64,000 nt of DNA from Candidatus Latescibacterota bacterium. GTDB lineage: Bacteria; Latescibacterota; UBA2968. A model generated the notes under the pieces. The model saw nothing but the letters and a program-made list of their open reading frames with translations. It searched no databases and was not told where the DNA came from. Position numbers and translations under genes: made by a program. The stretch lies in assembly GCA_965207885.1 (NCBI GenBank), contig OZ242311.1, positions 1,632,001 through 1,696,000 on the forward strand, given 5' to 3'. Shown here one piece after another: positions 58,502 to 64,000 of the stretch (position 1 is the first letter of the stretch; each line of letters starts with the position of its first letter).

Positions 58502-60640
58502 ATGCAAAAACCCAAATCCGAAATCACAATTTCCAATCGCTATCTCTACTTCTACGCCAGTCTGGTCAAACGCATCTACGGTCTGATCATCCGAAATGAA
58601 CACAAAAACCAACCCAACGAGCGCTACACGGGCCGTCTGGATGAAGATGGAATACCGATTTCCCAGGATGCGTCCCATACAAAAGGTAGGTTACCCGGCA
58701 TACCTGTCCAGGATGAAATTATCCTGTTTCGCTTTCGGAAACGCCTGCTCATAGGAACATGCCAGGCTGTTTTGCCCCGCAAAATTTCCGAAATCACAGT
58801 TTTATCAGAAGATGGTCGGCGCCTCCGCTTTCGCCACACCAACCTCGTTTATCTCACCGGCACCTCCGATGTACCACTCAAAACTTATGCAACGGCCGTC
58901 CGCGCTTTGAGCCGGGAAATAGACCTCGAAGCCGTCTGGGAAATCGCCGTTGAATCTGCAACTCCGCTTCCGCTTTCAGAAATCGCCGACCTCTTCTACA
59001 ACACAGAAATCGATGCGACACAATGGATTGCCCTCTATCTTCACCTGCACCATGCCTCTCCTTATTTTCAGCCTCAATCTTCCAACTCGTATTCGCCCTA
59101 TACGGCTGGTCAAGTACATGTCCTCCACCAACGCGACAAACTTAGAAAAGATCGGGATGAAGAGCGCGAAGAATTTATCCACGCCATGGCGAATCCCGAC
59201 GATTCCATTGCAGAACACACGCTGACTCCACGCCAGCAAACCTATCTGGAACAGATTCGACAATACGCATTGTGGGGCAGCGAATCCCAACACGCAACTC
59301 ACGCTCAGGCATTGATCTCTGAAATTTGCAAAACAAAAAAAACCCGCCAAAAATCCGCAGTCGAACTACTCATCAAAAAAAAGGTCTGGAAACGCGATCA
59401 AAACCTCGACTTGCTCCGCGCCGAAGTTCCAACTGCATTTTCAGACCTCGCCATCCGCCAAGCAGAAACACTCGCGCCCACTTGTGGCAACCTGAAAAAA
59501 CAACCCGTCTTTGTGATACACCCGCCCGATCATCCAAACATCGCCCTCTCGTATCGCCGCAGGCTCTTTGGAGGTGCAGAGTTTGGCGTACACATTCCAG
59601 ATATCGGCGCACTCATCCCCAAAAATTCGCACATCGACCGCGACGCTGCCGAGCGCATGGCGCACATACCCTTTCCCGATCAACCCGTTCCCATGCTACC
59701 CACGCGCTTTGCTCACGACCTGGGCCAATTTCAGAGCGACAAAGCGCATCCAGCACTCAGCATCTTCTGGCGCGTGAATAGGGATAGCCACATCAAAGAT
59801 TTTTGTATCGCGCAAACGGCTGCAATCAATAAAGCAGACTTTTCACCTGAAAACATTGACCATGCACTAAACGACCCTGCTCACCCGCAGCACCGCGCCA
59901 TACGATTCTTCTCGCAATTATCCGCACGCCTCCACAAAACGCGACAAACGGCCATGCACGACCTCGAAGAACAATCACCTCCCAACCACGCGCGTCACAT
60001 TGCCGATGAATTATCCCTGCTCGCTGGCATAGCCGTTGGTCGGTGGTGCGAAAATAAAGGGATCCCCGCAATTTACGAAACACGCGATCCCATTGAAAAT
60101 ACCGAGTCCATCGTACAAATCTCTCACCCTATCGTGCGCCACCACGAACTTCACCGCCAGACCCCGAACATCGGCCTCAACACAACGCCAGAAACACATC
60201 ACGGCTATGGCATATCGCATTATTGTCCCATCACCCAACCCACCGCCCGATACACAGACCTGGTGATGCAACGCCAGATCAATCACTATCTTAAAACCGA
60301 GCAATCCCTTTACACGGTTGACGACCTCAACACCCTGCGCTACCGCATGTGGGAAACGCTGGCCCTCATCGACGACCTGGTTCACCGCCGTACCCGCGAT
60401 TTGATATTACAAAAGTGGGAAAATCAAATTGGCCGGGAATTTCGCGCCGTAGTTCTCCACCTCAAAATGCGCGGCGTCCTCGTCGAACTCCTCGGCCACC
60501 CCTTCAAAACAGTCATCTATCCGGGTTATCCCGTAGAAGTCGGCGACGAAATTGACCTGCGCCTGACGGGTATTGATCGCTGGAAAGGCTGGGCACACTT
60601 CACGGAAAAAACCTACCAGCAATCAGCAGTAGGCTTTTAG
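58502..60640 (+). CDS. RNase II/RNB-domain protein with degenerate active site (start uncertain)
   Basis: GVHIPD, ID.DA..R, VPMLP, PALS, H.G.G...Y...T.P..RY.DL..QRQI and S1-like C-terminus; catalytic Asp cluster missing. Confidence 0.75.
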   Translation: MQKPKSEITISNRYLYFYASLVKRIYGLIIRNEHKNQPNERYTGRLDEDGIPISQDASHTKGRLPGIPVQDEIILFRFRKRLLIGTCQAVLPRKISEITVLSEDGRRLRFRHTNLVYLTGTSDVPLKTYATAVRALSREIDLEAVWEIAVESATPLPLSEIADLFYNTEIDATQWIALYLHLHHASPYFQPQSSNSYSPYTAGQVHVLHQRDKLRKDRDEEREEFIHAMANPDDSIAEHTLTPRQQTYLEQIRQYALWGSESQHATHAQALISEICKTKKTRQKSAVELLIKKKVWKRDQNLDLLRAEVPTAFSDLAIRQAETLAPTCGNLKKQPVFVIHPPDHPNIALSYRRRLFGGAEFGVHIPDIGALIPKNSHIDRDAAERMAHIPFPDQPVPMLPTRFAHDLGQFQSDKAHPALSIFWRVNRDSHIKDFCIAQTAAINKADFSPENIDHALNDPAHPQHRAIRFFSQLSARLHKTRQTAMHDLEEQSPPNHARHIADELSLLAGIAVGRWCENKGIPAIYETRDPIENTESIVQISHPIVRHHELHRQTPNIGLNTTPETHHGYGISHYCPITQPTARYTDLVMQRQINHYLKTEQSLYTVDDLNTLRYRMWETLALIDDLVHRRTRDLILQKWENQIGREFRAVVLHLKMRGVLVELLGHPFKTVIYPGYPVEVGDEIDLRLTGIDRWKGWAHFTEKTYQQSAVGF

Positions 60641-61233
60641 CCCCCTTCCCATGCCGGATACAAATCGTGCTCAATGCCCAATAAACTCAAAATTCGGCCA
60701 ACCACGAAATCCGCCAAATCATCAAACGTCTCCGGTTTTTGATAAAATGCTGGCATCGCCGGCACCACAACAGCACCCGCTTCGGCCACCGCCACCATAT
60801 TGCGCAATTGAATCAAATTCATCGGCGTCTCCCGCGGCACAACGATGAGCGTCCGGCGCTCTTTCAACGCGACATCAGCGGCGCGCTCAATCAAATTGCG
60901 CGACAACCCATGTGCTATACTCGCCAGTGTTTTCATCGAACACGGCACCACCACCATACCGTCTGATTGCGCCGAACCACTCGCCAGCGTTGCAGCGAGA
61001 TTCTTAAGTGGATGCAGTGCCATATTATCTACCGAAACACCGTAAAGTTCCCGAATGAATCTCCCAAAATCTCGCTGTTTTCCTTCAAAGCCCGCCTCGT
61101 CACGAAGCAACATCCAGCCAAATTCGGATATCACCACATCCACCGCAACCTCGCGCATCAGCAATGCGCGCAACGTGCGCAACGCATATATGGCCCCACT
61201 TGCCCCGGTAATTGCAACCGTAATTCGTTTCAT
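60637..61233 (-). CDS. ubiX: Flavin prenyltransferase
   Basis: AITGASG, ASGS, PCSM.TL, RAADV.LKERR, PRETP, PAFY..P. Confidence 0.96.
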   Translation of the reverse strand: MKRITVAITGASGAIYALRTLRALLMREVAVDVVISEFGWMLLRDEAGFEGKQRDFGRFIRELYGVSVDNMALHPLKNLAATLASGSAQSDGMVVVPCSMKTLASIAHGLSRNLIERAADVALKERRTLIVVPRETPMNLIQLRNMVAVAEAGAVVVPAMPAFYQKPETFDDLADFVVGRILSLLGIEHDLYPAWEGG

Positions 61234-61264
61234 AGCAAACAGAATCCCAGATACAGCGGAATGA

Positions 61265-62119
61265 TTACAACAACAAATCGACCAGCGTTCCCGCAAAATA
61301 CACCACACTAACCACACCATTCATCGTCAAAGACGCCATGCCCGCTTTTGACAAATCCCGGTGTCTCACCAGATAATGCTCGTAAATCAGCAAACCGCCC
61401 ACGCACGCCACGCCAACCACATAAAACATCCCCAGATCAAACACCTGTCCCACGCACACCATCAAACCAAAAGCAATCACATGAAATATTCGCGCAATCC
61501 ACAACGCGGGACCAATCCCAAATTTCTGCGGAATCGAATACACACCAAACCGTTGATCAAACTCGGCATCCTGACAGGCATAAATCACGTCAAATCCTGC
61601 GACCCACATCAACACCGCACCACCGAGCAGTAAAATCTTTGCATCCAATTGTCCCGTCACCGCAATCCACGCTCCCACTGGCGCGAGAGCCAACGCCAAA
61701 CCGAGAAAAAGCTGCGTCGTCCACGTAAAACGCTTTGTATAAGAATAAAAAAACACAATGCCCAATGCCACGGGTGACAGCATCAAACACAGTGGATTTA
61801 ACTTATAAGCCGCAAAAACGAGCAACGCAGAAAAAACGCACACAAACACCTTCACAGCACCCGCAGAAATAACCCCCCGCGGCAACTCGCGATTGGCCGT
61901 GCGCGGATTGGCCGCATCCATCTTCCGATCCACGAGCCGATTAAAACCCATGGCAGCACTTCTCGCACCCACCATCGCCACCACAATCCAGAACACCTGT
62001 TCGGACGAAATCCCGTATCCAGCCGCCGCCAATGCCGCGCCCGAAAGCGCGAATGGCAAGGCAAAAATACTGTGGCCGAATTTAATCATCCGACCATAAG
62101 TAACAATACCCTCAATCAT
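61265..62119 (-). CDS. ubiA: UbiA-family (MqnP-like) polyprenyltransferase
   Basis: IKFGHSIFALPFA, ARSAAMGFNRLVDR..D..NPRT..R, YSYTKR, GFDVIYACQD. Confidence 0.9.
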   Translation of the reverse strand: MIEGIVTYGRMIKFGHSIFALPFALSGAALAAAGYGISSEQVFWIVVAMVGARSAAMGFNRLVDRKMDAANPRTANRELPRGVISAGAVKVFVCVFSALLVFAAYKLNPLCLMLSPVALGIVFFYSYTKRFTWTTQLFLGLALALAPVGAWIAVTGQLDAKILLLGGAVLMWVAGFDVIYACQDAEFDQRFGVYSIPQKFGIGPALWIARIFHVIAFGLMVCVGQVFDLGMFYVVGVACVGGLLIYEHYLVRHRDLSKAGMASLTMNGVVSVVYFAGTLVDLLL

Positions 62120-62126
62120 TACCGTC

Positions 62127-62984
62127 TTACCTTTGCCGGATAAACTTTTGCAACCGGCCATCTGTCTGCACTTCCCCCACGTACAAATCGCCGTGTGAAT
62201 CCAGCCAGATACCGTGTGGGCACTTCTTGAACTCACCCGGAATATCGCTTTCAACCCCGCGCCCCCACTCGGACAATTTCTCGCCATCAACCGTCCAGAT
62301 ACTCACCCGCTGATCCAACTCCGCGATATAAACAACCTCGTCATCAATATAAACCGTATCGGGCTGGTGCAAACCCGTCCACTCGCCCTGAAAATTGCCC
62401 TCAGTATCGAAAAATTGAATGCGATTATTGCTCCGATCTGCCACCCACAAACGGTCATCTTTATCGACCCGCACAGAATGCACCAGATCAAATTGCCCCG
62501 GACCAGTACCCGGTTCCCCCCAGGACTTGATCAACTCGCCATCGGGAGTAAACTTATGCATTCTCGCATTGCCATACCCATCGGACACGTACATAAACCC
62601 CTGAGAATCAAACGCCACATCGGTCGGCAACCGAAACGGCTCGCCCTCATCGCCTTCCCGATCCGGCGTCCCCACCGTCATCAACAACTCGCCATCACTG
62701 GTAAATTTCCGCAAACAATGCGTGTTGCGCTCCACGCAATAGACGTGATCCTCCGCATCGATATAAATGCCATGCGCATCTTTTAACACATCTTCGCCCC
62801 ACGAAGACAAAAAATTGCCCTCGCGATCAAAAACCACCATCGGGTGCTCGCTGCGACTGTACACATAAACGCGATCCTGCGAATCGACGGCCACCGCCGG
62901 TACCCATCCAAACGACCAGCCTTCGGGCAGCGTCCACCAGTTTTCCTGCACCGTATAGACATAATCACCTTGTCCGAATGTCAT
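62127..62984 (-). CDS. NHL-repeat protein (peptidyl-alpha-hydroxyglycine lyase-like)
   Basis: VAVDSQDRVYV, SWG, HGI..D, PTDVA, YVSDGYGN.R, G.GPGQF, VADR.N.RIQ.F. Confidence 0.9.
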   Translation of the reverse strand: MTFGQGDYVYTVQENWWTLPEGWSFGWVPAVAVDSQDRVYVYSRSEHPMVVFDREGNFLSSWGEDVLKDAHGIYIDAEDHVYCVERNTHCLRKFTSDGELLMTVGTPDREGDEGEPFRLPTDVAFDSQGFMYVSDGYGNARMHKFTPDGELIKSWGEPGTGPGQFDLVHSVRVDKDDRLWVADRSNNRIQFFDTEGNFQGEWTGLHQPDTVYIDDEVVYIAELDQRVSIWTVDGEKLSEWGRGVESDIPGEFKKCPHGIWLDSHGDLYVGEVQTDGRLQKFIRQR

Positions 62985-63056
62985 CCTATCCTCCTTGGGA
63001 AAAATCTGTAAAGTCACGCGTCATTGCAATATACATCACAATTTAGGGGTACAAAG

Positions 63057-63088
63057 AAAAAAAGCTCTGGAAATCCAGAGCTTTTTTT
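63057..63088 (-). terminator. Intrinsic terminator
   Basis: A7-GCTCTGGA-AA-TCCAGAGC-T7. Confidence 0.85.
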
Positions 63089-63105
63089 CGGGAAATTATC
63101 GCATA

Positions 63106-63999
63106 TCACGCTGTTCTTCCGAAAACACTGGTAAACAAAATAAAATCGCCGAAATTGACCTGACCATCCCCATTTAAATCAAAACGCGCATCGGGACTCT
63201 CAGCACTAAAAGCGGCGACAAACAGGAGAAAATCGCCAAAGTCGATCTTGCCACTGCCATCGAAATCCGCTTTACCGGCTATCTCCTTCAAAGGCAGAAA
63301 CACAGCCGGCTGAGAGCGCACCGCCATACCGCGCGGCATATTCTCAAAACTCAGCGTTCTCAAAATCTGAAACGACTCCGCATCAAAAATAACCAGCTCA
63401 TTCGAATTCTGGTTCGCCACATACACCTGCGACCCATCGCGCGACACAAACAAAGAGCGCGTCTCTTCACCTTCGGGCAAAACCTTTACAGTATTCACAA
63501 TGCGATTTTGCGCCACATCGACGACGATTAATTGGGCATTTAAGCGGTCTGTCGCATACAACCGGGAACCATCTGGCGATAAAGCGAGGCGAAATATCCC
63601 ACCATCCATACGAATCGTTGTCACCACAGACTCCGCATCGGTGTCAATCACTGCAACACCACCACCGCCATCGTCACCAAAGTCCCCACCCGACACATAA
63701 AGCCGCTTCCCATCCGCAGATATAACCAGTGATCGGGGTTCCTCAATCACATCAATGCGACCAATAGTCGCCCTGCGTGCGGTATCAATAACCAATACCT
63801 GATTGCCATTGATATCTGTAACATAAAGCCGCTTCCCATCCGGGTGAATCGCCACACCATAAGGACCGCGATCTCCGCTAATCGGCACCCGAATGCGAGA
63901 ACGCACAGTCAAACTCGCCACATCTATAACCGAAATACTCCTGGACTCTGAATTGGTGACATAGAGCAACTGCCCATCCGCGCTCAAAGCGAGATCCAA
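63106..63999 (-). CDS. YVTN beta-propeller protein with C-terminal EF-hand/dockerin-like module (5' end outside window)
   Basis: Repeated S.DG..LYV(T/S/A)....V.VID; DFDGSGKIDFGDF...DLNGDGQVNFGDF. Confidence 0.88.
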   Translation of the reverse strand: MDLALSADGQLLYVTNSESRSISVIDVASLTVRSRIRVPISGDRGPYGVAIHPDGKRLYVTDINGNQVLVIDTARRATIGRIDVIEEPRSLVISADGKRLYVSGGDFGDDGGGGVAVIDTDAESVVTTIRMDGGIFRLALSPDGSRLYATDRLNAQLIVVDVAQNRIVNTVKVLPEGEETRSLFVSRDGSQVYVANQNSNELVIFDAESFQILRTLSFENMPRGMAVRSQPAVFLPLKEIAGKADFDGSGKIDFGDFLLFVAAFSAESPDARFDLNGDGQVNFGDFILFTSVFGRTA

Positions 64000-64000
64000 A

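Noticed and set aside
58502-58680. N-terminal ~60 codons of the RNB ORF as a separate small gene
   Set aside because: No stop codon separates it from the RNB body; the true start cannot be resolved from sequence alone

Overview
This is a 64-kb bacterial chromosomal window with no rRNA, tRNA, CRISPR array or intact transposase that I could see. The accessory genes (PhyH dioxygenase, NHL and YVTN propellers, Cache-domain lipoprotein, DUF1800/DUF1501, a recurrent C-terminal EF-hand/dockerin-like module) resemble Latescibacterota/Gemmatimonadota-like marine or sponge-associated genomes; this taxonomy is inference only. From left to right: the 5' end of a TolC-type efflux gene preceded by a Cys-rich ORF ending in RSPP, then an intradiol dioxygenase, an HhH lipoprotein/membrane protein pair, ridA, pdxA, and an orphan RND pump followed by an unannotated 25-aa membrane ORF. 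Next come a PhyH / double-Cache / PLP-decarboxylase cluster and a selenocysteine formate dehydrogenase (split in the ORF track at an in-frame UGA) with a NuoE-NuoF fusion partner. The thiamine genes follow, under two back-to-back TPP riboswitches, then mltF and two STAS genes. A long housekeeping run (pncC, valS, AI-2E, recO, proB, hisFH, proC, ilvE, rsmA, tatD, metG, holB) precedes an orphan GroES, HU and sugar-acid oxidoreductases. The window ends with exonuclease-DinG coupled to a truncated RelA/SpoT homolog with a degenerate synthetase, DUF1800/DUF1501, a catalytically degenerate RNase II-like protein, ubiX and ubiA. Best leads: the AcrZ-like small ORF, the putative RSPP arrest/metal-sensing leader protein, the hydrolase-only RSH, a ~150-nt rod-like RNA upstream of holB, a TPP-riboswitch run that continues without gaps into the Sec-FDH, and the shared C-terminal EF-hand module.
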